From the NCBI GenBank assembly GCA_951406725.2, contig OX597841.1, positions 25,792,001-25,856,000 on the forward strand: 64,000 nucleotides of DNA, read 5' to 3'. This DNA comes from Octopus vulgaris. Lineage: Eukaryota. A program made the translations under genes and the position numbers. Position 1 is the stretch's first letter; every line of letters begins with the position of its first letter. Below the pieces are notes generated by a model. The model ran no database searches and was not told the origin of the DNA. It saw nothing but the letters and a program-made list of their open reading frames with translations. Positions 28,718 to 42,214 of the stretch are shown one piece after another.

Positions 28718-28817
28718 NNNNNNNNNNNNNNNNNNNNNNNNNNNNNNNNNNNNNNNNNNNNNNNNNNNNNNNNNNNNNNNNNNNNNNNNNNNNNNNNNNN
28801 NNNNNNNNNNNNNNNNN
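28718..28817. other. Assembly gap (100 N)
   Basis: Run of n characters. Confidence 1.
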
Positions 28818-29424
28818 TGTGTGTATGAATGTATGTATGTATGTATGTATGTGTGTATGTATGTATGTATGTATGTATGTGTGTATACCTGTAGATTTGT
28901 ATGTTTTGGTTTATGTATGTATTCCCATGCACATAGTAGCATGTCTAGACATGCTCGTATATATTGTATGTATGTATGTATGTATATATATTGTATGTAT
29001 GTATGTATGTATGTATGCAGTGATTTTCGTGACCTTGTATGTATGTATGTGTGTATGTATGTATGTATGTATGTATGTGTGTATACCTGTAGATTTGTAT
29101 GTTTTGGTTTATGTATGTATTCCCATGCACATAGTAGCATGTCTAGACATGCTCGTATATATTGTATGTATGTATGTATATATATTGTATGTATGTATGT
29201 ATGTATGTATGCAGTGATTTTCGTGACCTTGTCTTGAAATAGAATTAGATTGTAGGAGTGTATCACACACACACATACAGACACACACACACACACATAT
29301 ACAAACCTAGACACACACAGAGACATACACACACTCAAATATCCACACACACACATACACACTCTCTCACGCACACACACACGCACAAACACACACACAT
29401 ATACAAACATAGACACACACAGAG

Positions 29425-29478
<54 letters not shown>

Positions 29479-29939
29479 CACACACAGAGACATACACACA
29501 CTCAAATATCCACACACACACATACACACTCTCACACGCACGCACAAACACACACACATATACAAACATAGACACACACAGAGACATACACACACACACA
29601 CATACACACACACACACACACATACACACACACACACACAGACACACACACACACACACACAAACACAGACACACACATATACACACATAGACACACACA
29701 GAGACATAGTCACACTCAAATATCTACACACACACACACACACACATACACAAACATCGACACACAAAGACCAAAACTTGGAAACACAGAAAGGTAGACA
29801 ATGAACATCAATGACTAGTAAACATGTATGTCTGTGTTTCTGGCTGACTTTTTTTCCCCCTTTTTTCTCCTTTTTTCATTTCTGTTTCCTTTTCTTTTTT
29901 TTTTATTTTTTATTTTATTTGTTTATTTTTTTTGTTCTT

Positions 29940-30097
29940 TTCTTCCCTTTTAGGATCCCTCTTGATCGAAAACCTATGCCAGCCCCCCCCCTTTTTTTGT
30001 TTCTTTTGTTTTTTGTTTTTTTCATCCCCCAAAAGAAAAGCTCTACCTTGTAACTTGTCCCATCTGTGTGCAGCCCTGTGTGGCCAATAAAGAAACT
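29940..30097 (+). mobile_element. L1/Tx1-like LINE 3' end followed by (CTAT)n
   Basis: CAAAAGAAAAGCTCTACCTTGTAAC...CAGCCCTGTGTGGCCAATAAAGAAA then TATCTATC... Confidence 0.6.
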
Positions 30098-30239
30098 TAT
30101 CTATCTGTCTATCCATCCATCCAGCCATTCAGCCGGCCATCCGTCCGTCCGTCCATCCATCCATCCATCCATCCTTCTATCTATCTATCTATCTATCTAT
30201 CTATATATCTATCTATCAAACAATCTATCTATCTATCTA

Positions 30240-30282
<43 letters not shown>

Positions 30283-30283
30283 C

Positions 30284-30350
<67 letters not shown>

Positions 30351-30384
30351 CATCTATCTATCCATCTATCTATCTATCTATCTG

Positions 30385-30415
<31 letters not shown>

Positions 30416-30984
30416 ATCTATCCATCCTTCCATCCATCCGGCCAGCCAGCCACCTAGCTATCAAAATATATCCATTATATTCTTTTTCTTTTTATTTTTT
30501 TTACTCCTTGTAGTCATGTTGGCAGGGTAATCCCCGAACGACTACACTACGTGCAACGAAATCACTCAAATATACGCCTGTCCTTCCACACGTAACACTA
30601 ATTGCAACACTAATTGCAATCCGATATCGATGTTTAATCAGCCAACTTTGTCAAAATTTCACCGGTAACACTTTCTGGGGTGACACCGTTTCTTCTATAT
30701 AAACACGAATACCGCGACCTTTGATGTTGATACGCTTTTTGCACAGAGATATACACATACACCCACACACGTATGTATATATATAAAGAGAGAGAGAGAA
30801 ATGGTAGGTAAATACTTTGGTGTGTAACGCACTTACGCTAGCGCGCGTACACGCCCTTTTCTTTCGGTTCTTATTTCAGGTATTGCACTGCGTGCGGCCA
30901 TGCTGGGGCATCAACTTGTAGGGTTTTTTTTTTCGAACGAACTGACTCCAGTACTTGTATTTCTGTTTTTTTTCTTGCCTTCTT

Positions 30985-32390
30985 GGCGATCTTTCGTCTC
31001 TAGTAGACCTTTCGGTACTTGTCAATTGTCGTGGTCCCGGTTTTGCACACGCGAATTCGCGCGCGCGCACGCGCCAGACGTAGGTACTCGATACTCGAGA
31101 TCCTACGAGGTGACTTGCGCATGCGCAGTGCAGAATTCGCGCGTGCGCGTTAACTCCCCCCCCCTAAAAAAAAAGGTGTTGGATTTCACTAAAAATATGT
31201 GTGTGTGTGTGTATATATAACATTTTCAATTTTACACAAAAAAATTACATAGTCGCTTTCCTCGCGGATTTACAGAGAAATGAATTAATTACTATTTTAC
31301 AGAATAAAATTAATGAATTAATTATATAAATTAAATAATTCTTGAAAATTAATTAATATTAATAATATTTTTTGAACAAAGTAAATAATTTATAAAACTT
31401 GGTTAATAATTTTTTTTACACAAACGCGAACGTATATAATTTGTGAAACTTCTTTTTTTTTTACAGACGTATATAATTTGGTAAACTTAATGAATTAATT
31501 TCTTCTCATCATCATCATCGTTTAACGTCCGTTCTCCATGCCAGCATGGGTTGGACGGTTCGACCGGGGATCTGGGAAGCCAGAAGGCTGCACCAGACTC
31601 CAGTCTTATCTGGCAATGTTTCTACAGCTGGATGCCCTTCCTAACGCCAACCACTCCGAGAGTGTAGTGGGTGCTTTTTACATGCCACCCGCACAGGTGC
31701 CAGGCGAGGCTGGCAACGGCCACGGTCGGATTGGTGCCAGTCGAGGCGGCTCTGGCATCGGCCACGATTCGGATAGTGCTTTTTACGTACCACCAGTCCA
31801 GGGGTCCTGGCATTTGCCGGGTGCCACACTTGCCCCAACATGTCTTCGCAAGCAAAGGGGGTTGGCATGGGTGCCTGTCGTGGGATGAGGTTCGATATCA
31901 ACTTCGCTTGCCTCAACAGGTCTTTGTGTATAAATGTATAAATTTTTCGCACTAAATTCTTTCCGTAGAATTTATAAAAAAACGCGCAAAATTATTCCGT
32001 AGACTTTATCAAATTAAAAAACGCAAAATTAATATATTTTTTGAAATTGCAAATTATTTAGAATATAAAACAAATTAAGTTAAATTTTAAAAATAAATGT
32101 CATATACTTATACTCTGTAAGGTGCTGTGTTCACACTTCAATTTACTATTTTCTAGAAATGTTGCTTTTCTAATTGAAACAATTTTTCTCAATCTCCATT
32201 TAAAAGTCCATAATGCCTCTTGAGCCATATCAAAATGAACAACTTTGAATTACCCGGTGGTGGTGGTGGTGGTGGTGTGAGGTTCTAATTTTTTTTCTGA
32301 TCTCTCTTTGCCCCCCCTAGATGGAGGTGTGGTGGGGAGACAGATGAAAGATGTTTCATTCTCTACTATATATTTATATATATATCTATA

Positions 32391-32463
<73 letters not shown>

Positions 32464-34248
32464 TTTTTGCCACCCTATATTGATTAATTATATATATATA
32501 TATATATTTCTTAAACCTACACGATATAGTCTATAAATTTGGGATGTTTTTGAAAGATAATATATTTTGTCATCAGAATATATATACTTTCTCACACTAC
32601 AATTAAGATATATTTATTTTAAATCGTTCATCTTTTCCCGCGACAACAAAAATTGGGCGCGAAAATTTTTCTAAATATTAGCTGAATGAACAACTGAGAT
32701 AAAGAGGGGGCAAAGAGAGATCAGAAAAAAATTAGAACCTCACACCACCACCACCACCACCACCGGGTAATTCAAAGTTGTTCATTTTGATATGGCTCAA
32801 GAGGCATTATGGACTTTTAAATGGAGATTGAGAAAAATTGTTTCAATTAGAAAAGCAACATTTCTAGAAAATAGTAAATTGAAGTGTGAACACAGCACCT
32901 TACAGAGTATAAGTATATGACATTTATTTTTAAAATTTAACTTAATTTGTTTTATATTCTAAATAATTTGCAATTTCAAAAAATATATTAATTTTGCGTT
33001 TTTTAATTTGATAAAGTCTACGGAATAATTTTGCGCGTTTTTTTATAAATTCTACGGAAAGAATTTAGTGCGAAAAATTTATACATTTATACACAAAGAC
33101 CTGTTGAGGCAAGCGAAGTTGATATCGAACCTCATCCCACGACAGGCACCCATGCCAACCCCCTTTGCTTGCGAAGACATGTTGGGGCAAGTGTGGCACC
33201 CGGCAAATGCCAGGACCCCTGGACTGGTGGTACGTAAAAAGCACTATCCGAATCGTGGCCGATGCCAGAGCCGCCTCGACTGGCACCAATCCGACCGTGG
33301 CCGTTGCCAGCCTCGCCTGGCACCTGTGCGGGTGGCATGTAAAAAGCACCCACTACACTCTCGGAGTGGTTGGCGTTAGGAAGGGCATCCAGCTGTAGAA
33401 ACATTGCCAGATAAGACTGGAGTCTGGTGCAGCCTTCTGGCTTCCCAGATCCCCGGTCGAACCGTCCAACCCATGCTGGCATGGAGAACGGACGTTAAAC
33501 GATGATGATGATGAGAAGAAATTAATTCATTAAGTTTACCAAATTATATACGTCTGTAAAAAAAAAAAAGTTTCACAAATTATATACGTTCGCGTTTGTG
33601 TAAAAAAAATTATTAACCAAGTTTTATAAATTATTTACTTTGTTCAAAAAATATTATTAATATTAATTAATTTTCAAGAATTATTTAATTTATATAATTA
33701 ATTCATTAATTTTATTCTGTAAAATAGTAATTAATTCATTTCTCTGTAAATCCGCGAGGAAAGCGACTATGTAATTTTTTTGTGTAAAATTGAAAATGTT
33801 ATATATACACACACACACACATATATTTTTAGTGAAATCCAACACCTTTTTTTTTAGGGGGGTTTTAACGCGCACGCGCGAATTCTGCACTGCGCATGCG
33901 CAAGTCACCTCGTAGGATCTCGAGTATCGAGTACCTACGTCTGGCGCGTGAATTCGCGTGTGCAAAACCGGGACCACGACAATTGACAAGTACCGACCTT
34001 TCCGTCGATTTCCGTAAAAAAAACTTCTTTTTTTTTTTTTTTACATATGGGCTTGCGGGAACTTTTGAAGTAATGAGAGCGAAAGAGACCAAGAGAAAGC
34101 GATTGTATGACGAGGGAAGTTCTTTTGAAGTTACCGTGCATGGGAAGCATTGATGTACATGTGTGTGTGTGTGTGTTTGATGGGGTGTGGGAGACAGACA
34201 GTATGTTGGGTAATCGACGGAAAGGTCTACTAGAGACGAAAGATCGCC
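30985..34248. mobile_element. Small MITE with 37-bp TIRs, split by the foldback insertion
   Basis: The right TIR 34212-34248 is the reverse complement of GGCGATCTTTCGTCTCTAGTAGACCTTTC (30985-31013) plus CGTCGATT (34003-34010). It interrupts a SINE A copy (30880-30980 and 34249-34560). Confidence 0.8.
31014..33994. mobile_element. Foldback DNA transposon: ~1.3-kb TIRs, 8-bp TSD, non-autonomous (Merlin- or MULE-like)
   Basis: Arms 31014-~32315 and ~32706-33994 are near-perfect reverse complements. Termini GGTACTTG/CAAGTACC; TSD GACCTTTC at 31006-31013 and 33995-34002; no transposase in the ~390-bp spacer. Confidence 0.9.
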
Positions 34249-34619
34249 TTTTTCTTTAAGCCTGCTTCTTATGCTAGCTGTGTGCTTTTGCCGAATTCCT
34301 AAATTACGAGGGGAGTGTGACGCAACCAAACCAACATAGGTTGTCAAACAGCGAGGGGGACAGATACAAACGCACACTCACACCCACACAGATATTCACA
34401 CATATATACGACGAGCTTCTTTCAGTTTCCGTCTACTAAATTCCCTAACAAGGCTGTGGTCATCCTATGGCTTTAGTAAATATCTGCTTAAGATGTCGCG
34501 CAGTGGAACTGAACCTGTAACCGTCTGGCTCGGAAGCAGACTTCTTCTAACACAACAAGTCTGACGTAATTCTTTAAACTCATTTTGGTCAATGGATTGT
34601 AGCCATACTGGATCACCAC

Positions 34620-35225
34620 ATTGAAAGATTTCCTCGGGTTCAGTCCTACTGCGTAGCACCTTGGGCAAGTGTCTTCTCAGACCAACCAAAGCCTTGTGAA
34701 TGGATCTGGTAGACGGAAACTGAAAGAAGCCTGTCGTATGTGTGTGTATATATGTATGCATATATTTCTGTGTGTCTTTGTGTCTGTGTTTGTACCCCTG
34801 CCACAACCGATGTTGGTGTGTTTAGCAAAAGCGACTTATAGAATAAGTACTAGGCTTACAGAGAGTAAGTATTTTACTTGTTTCAGTCATTTGACTGCAG
34901 CCATGTTGGGGCACCCCTAGAAGGGCTTTTAGTCGAACGAATCAACCCCAGGATTTATTTTTTTCAAGCTTAGCACTTGTTCTATCACTCTGTTTTGCAG
35001 AACTGCCTAGTTACAAGAATGTAAACACACAAACACACACACACTCACACATACACGTATATACGATGGGCTTCCTTCAGTTTCCATCGACCAAATCTAC
35101 TCACAAGTCTTTAGTCGGCCAGAGGCCATAGCAGAAAACGCTTGCCCAAGGTGCCACACAGTGGGACTGACCCTGGAACCTTGTAGCGCTGGGAAACAAG
35201 CTTCTTAGTACACAGCCACACCTGC
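34620..35225. mobile_element. Two degraded SINE A copies in opposite orientation
   Basis: + copy ~34620-34870; - copy ~34872-35225. Confidence 0.7.
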
Positions 35226-35479
35226 GTATATATGTATGTATGAAAAACGCCAAATCGCCGAAAAACAAAATAGGAATTTTGAATGAGGTTTCTCCGAAAC
35301 TAGGTTTTAAACCTTGAGTGGAGGAACTCACTTTGTAGGTCATATGGTGTGTTGTGGTGCGTTGTGGAGGCATGTGGAGTTGTTTACAGTATAGTATGGT
35401 GGGGGAGGTAGTGTTCACTAAAATTAGACCATGTTGGTGAAGTTTGTTGTCAGAAATCAATAAAGCTTATTTATGTACT

Positions 35480-36600
35480 AATCTGGTATTGTAGTGGTGG
35501 TGGTGGTAGTAGTATAGTAGTAGTAGTAGTTGTAGTAGTAGTAGTAGTAAAAGCAGTGGTAGTGGTAGTACATGTGGTGGTGGTGGTTATGGTATAGTTG
35601 TGTGCATGTTATGGTGATGGTAGTAGTGGTAGTGGTGGTATCAGTAGTAGTGGTGTTGTGATGGTAGTAGTAGTTGTAGTGGTTCTGGTAGTGGTAGTGA
35701 TGGTTGTTGTGGTGGTTGTAGTGATAGTAGTAGTATTATTAGTGGTGGTTATGGTATAGTCGTGTGCATGTGGTGATGGTAGTAGTAGTAGTAGTAGTGG
35801 TGTTGATAGTTGTTGTAGTACATGTGGTAGTGGTGGTGGTTGTGGCATAATTCTGGTTATGGTATAGTTGTGTGCGTGTTGTGGTGGTAGTAGTAGTTGT
35901 AGTGGTTCTGTCAGTGGTAGTGGTAGTGATGGTTGTTGTGGTGGTTGTAGTGATAGTAGTAGTATTATTAGTAGTGGTTATGGTATAGTCGTGTGCATGT
36001 TGTGGTGATGGTAGCAGTAGTAGTGGTAGTGGTGGTATCAGTAGTAGTAGTAGTGGTGTTGATAGTTGTTGTAGTACATGTAGTGGTGGTGGTTGTGGCA
36101 TAATTCTGGTTATGGTATAGTTGTGTGTGTTGTGGTGGTAGTAGTAGTTGTAGTGGTTCTGTCAGTGGTAGTGATGGTGGTTGTGGTGGTTGTAGTGATA
36201 GTAGTAGTATTATTAGTAGTGGTTATGGTATAGTCGTGTGCATGTTGTGGTGATGGTAGTAGTAGTGGTAGTAGTAGTGGTGTTGATAGTTGTTGTAGTA
36301 CATGTGGTAGTGGTGGTGGTTGTGGTTATGGTATAGTTGTGTACATGTAGTGGTGGTGGTAGTAGTAGTTGTTGTAGTGGTTCTGTCAATGGTAGTGGTA
36401 GTGATGGTGGTTGTAGTGATAGTAGTAGTTGTATTATTAGTGGTGGTGGTGGTGCAGTAGTAACAGTAGTAGTAGTATTTGTAGTGGTGGTGGTGGTGGA
36501 GGTAGTAGTAGTAGTAGTTGTACTAATGGTCATGGTGATAATGTGGTTGTAATTACATGGTACTGGTATGGAAGTGGTGTGATGTTGGTGGTGGTGTTGA
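35480..36600. repeat. (GTA/GGT)n compound repeat with higher-order units
   Basis: Recurring GGTTATGGTATAGTYGTGTGCATG anchor. Confidence 0.85.
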
Positions 36601-36821
36601 TGGGGATGGTGCTAGTGGCCATGGTTACAGGCAGGGCCCCTTCAGTACTCCAGACCCTTGGGAAAATCAGTATATTGGGGCCTATTTTTGTTGACAGCAA
36701 GCCACAGTGTAGATAGATATGAACTGGATCCCTAGACTTGTGGAGCTCCCTGGCAGTTGCTCTGTGGGCCCTTACCTAAAACAGCATTAGTTATAGGGTT
36801 GTGAGCTATTGTGCAGATGTG

Positions 36822-37204
36822 GAGGCGCAATGGCCCAGTGGTTACGGCAGCGGACTCGCGGTCGTAGGATCGCGGTTTCGATTCCCAGACCGGGCGTTGT
36901 GAGTGTTTATTGAGCGAAAACACCTAAAGCTCCATGAGGCTCTGGCAGGGATGGTGGTGATCCCTGCTGTACTCTTTCACCACAACTTTCTCTCACTCTT
37001 ACTTCCTGTTTCTGTTGTACCTGTATTTCAAAGGGCCGGCCTTGTCACTCTCTGTGTCACGCTGAATATCCCTGAGAACTACGTTAAGGGTACTCGTGTC
37101 TGTGGAATGCTCAGCCACTTACACGTTAATTTCACGAGCAGGCTGTTCCGTTGATCGGATCAACCGGAACCCTCGTCGTCGTAACCGACGGAGTGCTTCC
37201 ATAG
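36822..37204 (+). mobile_element. tRNA-derived SINE family B, full length
   Basis: A box TGGCCCAGTGG, B box GGTTTCGATTCCC; 14-bp TSD ATTGTGCAGATGTG at 36808-36821 and 37205-37218. Confidence 0.9.
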
Positions 37205-37386
37205 ATTGTGCAGATGTGACATGGTGCCAAATCACCCTCTCATCAAATTCCTTACTGTCTTTAGCCCTTTTAATGCTTGGCAACCAACTTGACACTGGCC
37301 CTGGTTCTGTGATACAAACTCACTGTTTTAAAATTTAAACCTTTTTCCATCAAAATTTTATGTTAATTGACACTTTAAAAACCAGC

Positions 37387-38121
37387 TTAACCCTCTTGTT
37401 ACCATATTTCTGTTGAGATGCTCTGAGTTTCTTTCAATTATTTTAAACATAACAAAGAATTTAGTAAAATAACTTAGTTATCTTTCAGCTAGTGTTAGGA
37501 ACATAAATTGTGACTAAGGTTTGGTGGTATATTTTGATGCAAAACTTAAGAAAACAAGACATTTGTACTACAGAGCCAGAGGTGGTTTCAGCCAGGTTGG
37601 TATCAAAAGGGTTAAGAATTGTTTCTCTTTTATATATTTTAACCCTCTCATTACCATATTTCTATTGAGATGCTCTGTGCTTCTTTGAATTAATTTTAAA
37701 CATAACAAAGAATTTAGTAAAATTAGTTAGTTATCATTAAGCTAGTGTTAGGAACATAAATTGTGACTAAGGTTTGGTGGAAGGTTTTAATTCAAAACTT
37801 AAGAAAACAAGACATTTGTACTACAGAGCCAGAGGTGGTTTCAGCCAGGTTGGTATCAAAAGGGTTAAGAATTGTTTCTCTATTATATATTTTAACCCTT
37901 TTGTTACCATATTTCTATTGTGATGCTCTGTGCTTCTTTCAATTAATTTTAAGTATAACAAAGAATTTAGTAAAATAACTTAGTTATCATTCAGCTAGTG
38001 TTAGGAACATAAATTGTGACTAAGATTTGGTGGAAGATTTTAATTCAAAACTTATGAAAAGAAAGACATTTGTACTCAGAGCCCGGACCGGTTTCAGCCA
38101 GGTTGATAATGAAAGGGTTAA
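37387..38121. mobile_element. piggyBac-like MITE, three tandem copies
   Basis: Each ~225-bp unit is TTAA|CCCT...AGGG|TTAA, with a near-identical ~25-bp spacer between units. Confidence 0.8.
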
Positions 38122-38987
38122 TAATGTTCTTTCATTCTTTGTTCATCTCTCCTTTTCTTTCTTTCTTTCATTTTGTTTTGTCTTTTCCTTTCTTTCTCCA
38201 TCCTTCCCTCTCTCTCCCTTTCTTTCTCTTTTTATTGTTTATTTATTTTTATTTTTCCATTTTATTTTCCAGAAAGAAGAGACATAACTTCACACCACTG
38301 GCACCCCCATGACTCCCAAAGCCAGGCACTAACTTTCTCCCACCCTCACCCATTCTTACCTCCAAAGAATAACAACAAAACACACACACACACATTAACA
38401 CACCCATCCACACACACATATATATATATACGCACACACTTTACAACTGTACACACATACATATTTATATATACACTTATATACACACACGTACATACAC
38501 ACATATATATGCACACACATACACATATACATACACATTAAAAATTACACACACACACACATATATATACATATACATATAGACACATAAATATATATAT
38601 TACAACTACACACCCACACACACTCTTATAATCCCACATATACAATAACACATCAAATTCAACACACGCACACTCACATACACACACACTCACACACACG
38701 TACTCACACACACACACACGTACTCACACACATACACACACGCACTCACACACACACACTCACACGTACTCACACACATACACACGTACTCACACACACA
38801 CACACGTACTCACACACACACACACACACACACTTATAATTACAGACTTACACAATTGCAGACAAACTCATTCTCTACATCCACACTGTTTGACCAGTTG
38901 CACTCGTGGCCCCAACAAACACCCTCCTCCAAAACGTTTCCTGCCACTGCCCCTGCCCTGCCCTGTACCCCACCAAATTTCCCCTCC

Positions 38988-39249
38988 ATGGAGGACGTCG
39001 AGTTAGAAGTACAGACTATGTACCCAGGCTTCGTGCACCACTTGAACTCAACAAGCATGCAACAGAAGTCGAACGTGCTGACGGCAAGGTTGCCGTTTGT
39101 TGGTAGGGTGCGTCTGCTCACCGACTGTGTGGGCCTGCTCAAGTGCTGTTTTGTTGTGATCTGCTACGTGTATGCCGTGTTCGTCTCTCTGGTAGTTATC
39201 GTGCAACCCCAGTATGATGACGACAACATGTCGGCCCCTTTTGCAGTCC
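38988..39249 (+). CDS. ZDHHC21: ZDHHC21-like palmitoyltransferase homolog, coding exon 1
   Basis: ATG in CCATGG context. MEDVELEVQT...GRVRLLTDCVGLLKCCFVVICYVYAVFVSLVVIVQPQYDDDNMSAPFAV contains TM1 and resembles the vertebrate ZDHHC21 N-terminus as recalled. Donor GTGAGT, phase 1. Confidence 0.85.
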
Positions 39250-39454
39250 GTGAGTATCATCTTGGATTATTCTCGTTAACAGTTAATCATATACATAAAC
39301 CTGTACTTATCCCTGCCTGTATTTTGGTACCCACATGTAAATTCCTCTATTTTTATTGGCTACACATTGTTTTCAACTCAACCTGGTGCCTTACCATTTA
39401 AGTGCCTGATTCATTGGCATGGGTGCTAGTTATATTGACAATATATATACATAC

Positions 39455-39500
<46 letters not shown>

Positions 39501-39951
39501 CTCTCTCTCTTTCGGAGAGAGGCACAAGCACCTACACGCACATATACACACACGGCAGTAACTTCCGCCTGCCGAATTCAATCACAAAGCTTCGGTCAGC
39601 TCGGGGCTATAGCAGAAGACACCTACCCAAAGTGCCACGCAGTGGGACTGAACCCGAAACCATATAGCTAGGAAGCAAGCTCCCTAACCACACAGCCATG
39701 CATCAAAAGAAAAAACTGGATGCAAAGGATTTTGCAGTACATATGTTTCTGGCTTTATTGAGCAATTTATATCAATGCATAATTGATATAACATGTAGGT
39801 CAACAGCCTTCGTCAGCCACGTACAATTACCACACCAAAGACATGTATTACATTATAGCAGATTTGAGAAGTTTGGGAAAAAAATGAGTTTCATTGGGAA
39901 GGTAAATCCTCATAGTCGTATATGGCATAGCGAGACACCAAAACAAAATGT

Positions 39952-39985
<34 letters not shown>

Positions 39986-40604
39986 ATACATGTATGTATA
40001 CATGTATGTATACATGTATGTATACATGTATGTATATATATATATGTATATATGTATGTATATATATATGTATATATATATATATATATATGTGTATATA
40101 TATATATATATATAAGTATATATATATAAGAGGGATGACCACTAAGTGGACATCCATATGCTAAATGTCGACCCCCTATGGTCTTACCACTAAGAAAGAA
40201 ATGTTCTCAAGAAAATTCAGCAAACGCCAGAATGTAAGCGAGCAAGACAAATGGAAAGATACAAAATATACAGATTAATCACAGACTACTTTCTTTGCTA
40301 CCACTTACGTAATACTTACGTAAATGTCTACAATTTGTCAGTGTGATCGTCATAGCAAAATATAAATTGCAGAACTATACACAAAACGTCCACGTGAGAT
40401 TGAACATGTATATAGTTCTGCCAATTACATTTGGGGTTATATTTCAAAAGTCTTCACTTTGGCGTGTCAAAATGCTGGAAACAATTTTGCAGAAAATAAT
40501 TCTTTGCCATGAATTTTGTCGGTTAGAGAACATAGTTATTTAAATTTAGTTATTTTAAATTTTAAATTTTTAAATTAAAATTTAATTTTAAATTTAAATA
40601 TATA

Positions 40605-40971
40605 CTAGCAGTGTTGCTCGGATTTGTAAGGGAAATAACTAAATAAGCATTTTTAGAGATGTAAAGTATAATAGCCATCTCAATATGGCTAACCACAAAA
40701 GGGGGTGGTGTTAGTGTAGCTTTAATAATAAATTTTTAGAGAGTTACTTCCCTTATATATGCCAAAAATGCATTAAAAATGAAAAATTGATGGTAAATTT
40801 TTTAAAAAATCGTAGACTCATCGTAGACGTGCGCTAATACTCAGAAGGGCTTGATATGAATCACAACTATAAGATACCCGGTTTTGGTTAAACTGCACCG
40901 CAAAATGTGGGAGTAGTTAGGAATCTAAATCGTAGGAGACAGACACACAACCTTACTTTTATATATAAAGA
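40605..40971 (-). mobile_element. Non-autonomous Helitron-like element
   Basis: Minus strand begins A|TCTTTATATATAAAAG and ends CTGCTAG|T. Confidence 0.65.
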
Positions 40972-41034
40972 TATATATATATATATATATATATTAGTTA
41001 CGGAATGGAGTGAGAGAAATAAAGATATATATAT

Positions 41035-41600
41035 GGCAGGCTTCTTTCAGTTTCCATCTACCAAATTCACTCCAAAGGCTTTGGTCAGCCCGAGGCTATA
41101 ACAGAAAAGGTGGCGAGCTGGCAGAATCGTTAGCATGTAGGCAAAATGATTAGCGGTATTTCATCTGCTGTTACATTCTGAGTTCAAATTCCGCCAAGGT
41201 CGACTTTGCCTTTCATCCTTTCGGGGTCGATAAATTAAGTACCAGTTACGCACTGGGATCGAGGTAATCGACTTAATCCCTTTGTCTGTCCTTGTTTGTC
41301 CCCTCTGTGTTTAGCCCCTTGTGGGTAGTAAAGAAATAGGTATTTCGTTTGCCGTTACGTTCTGAGTTCAAATTCCGCTGAGGTCGACTTTGTCTTTCTT
41401 CCTTTCGGGGTCGATTAAATAAGTACCAGTTACGCACTGGGGTCGGTATAATCGACTTAATCCATTTGTCTGTCCTTGTTTGTCCCCTCTGTGTTTAGCC
41501 CCTTGTGGGTAGTAAAGAAATATACTTACCCAAGGTGCCATGCAGTGAGACTGGACCCAGAACAATGTGGTCGTGAAGCAAGCTTCTTAACACAGCCACA
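41035..41600. mobile_element. SINE family C multimer (+, 41107-41521) nested in a minus-strand SINE A
   Basis: GGCGAGCTGGCAGAATCGTTAGC head; duplicated GAGTTCAAATTCCGC...GTCGACTTTG body; SINE A halves on both sides. Confidence 0.75.
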
Positions 41601-41635
41601 GTTCACACGCTCACACACACTCACACACACACTCA

Positions 41636-41672
<37 letters not shown>

Positions 41673-41781
41673 ACACACTCACACTCACACTCACACACAC
41701 ACTCACACTCACACACACACACAAACACGCACACTCACACACTTACTCATACACACACACACACACTCACACACACACACA

Positions 41782-41830
<49 letters not shown>

Positions 41831-41927
41831 ACACACACCCACACATACACACACACACACCCACACACACACACACACACGCACACACTCACACACACAC
41901 ACTACTTACTTTCTCTTTCTCTTTCAG

Positions 41928-42032
41928 TTTATACATCCCTGTGCTTCAATATGTTTCTCTCTTTGATAATGTCCATTATTACCAACCCTGGCCAACTCTA
42001 CCTCACACAGGCTCTGGAACCTCTACTCTCAG
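41928..42032 (+). CDS. ZDHHC21: ZDHHC21-like, coding exon 2
   Basis: Acceptor TTTCTCTTTCAG; (L)YTSLCFNMFLSLIMSIITNPGQLYLTQALEPLLS gives TM2 plus a DPG-equivalent NPG; donor GTAACA; phase 1-1. Confidence 0.88.
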
Positions 42033-42214
42033 GTAACAACAAGCTTCTGTCAATTTCTCTGTCTGTACCTGTCTCTGTTTTCCATCTACCTGTCTGTATC
42101 TGCCTGTTTGTTGCATGTTTTCTCTATACCTGTGTTTACCTGCTTAACTATTTGAGCACCACCAGCAAAAAAACTTTTTTCCTCTGTCTTCCCTTCTCAG
42201 GATCTTTCCTTCTT

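Noticed and set aside
31538-33482. Pair of identical 116-aa ORFs on opposite strands as transposon genes
   Set aside because: They lie in the mirrored retroposon, show no transposase or RT motifs, and are identical only because of the inverted repeat.
36822-36895. Functional tRNA gene (also 46954, 47258, 47497)
   Set aside because: A/B boxes are present, but the sequence continues into a SINE body; the 36822 copy has a TSD and no proper acceptor stem.
38856-39401. Single-exon 181-aa ORF as given in the track
   Set aside because: It starts at TTG and reads through the GTGAGT donor at 39250. Only 38988-39249 fits the spliced DHHC-family model.
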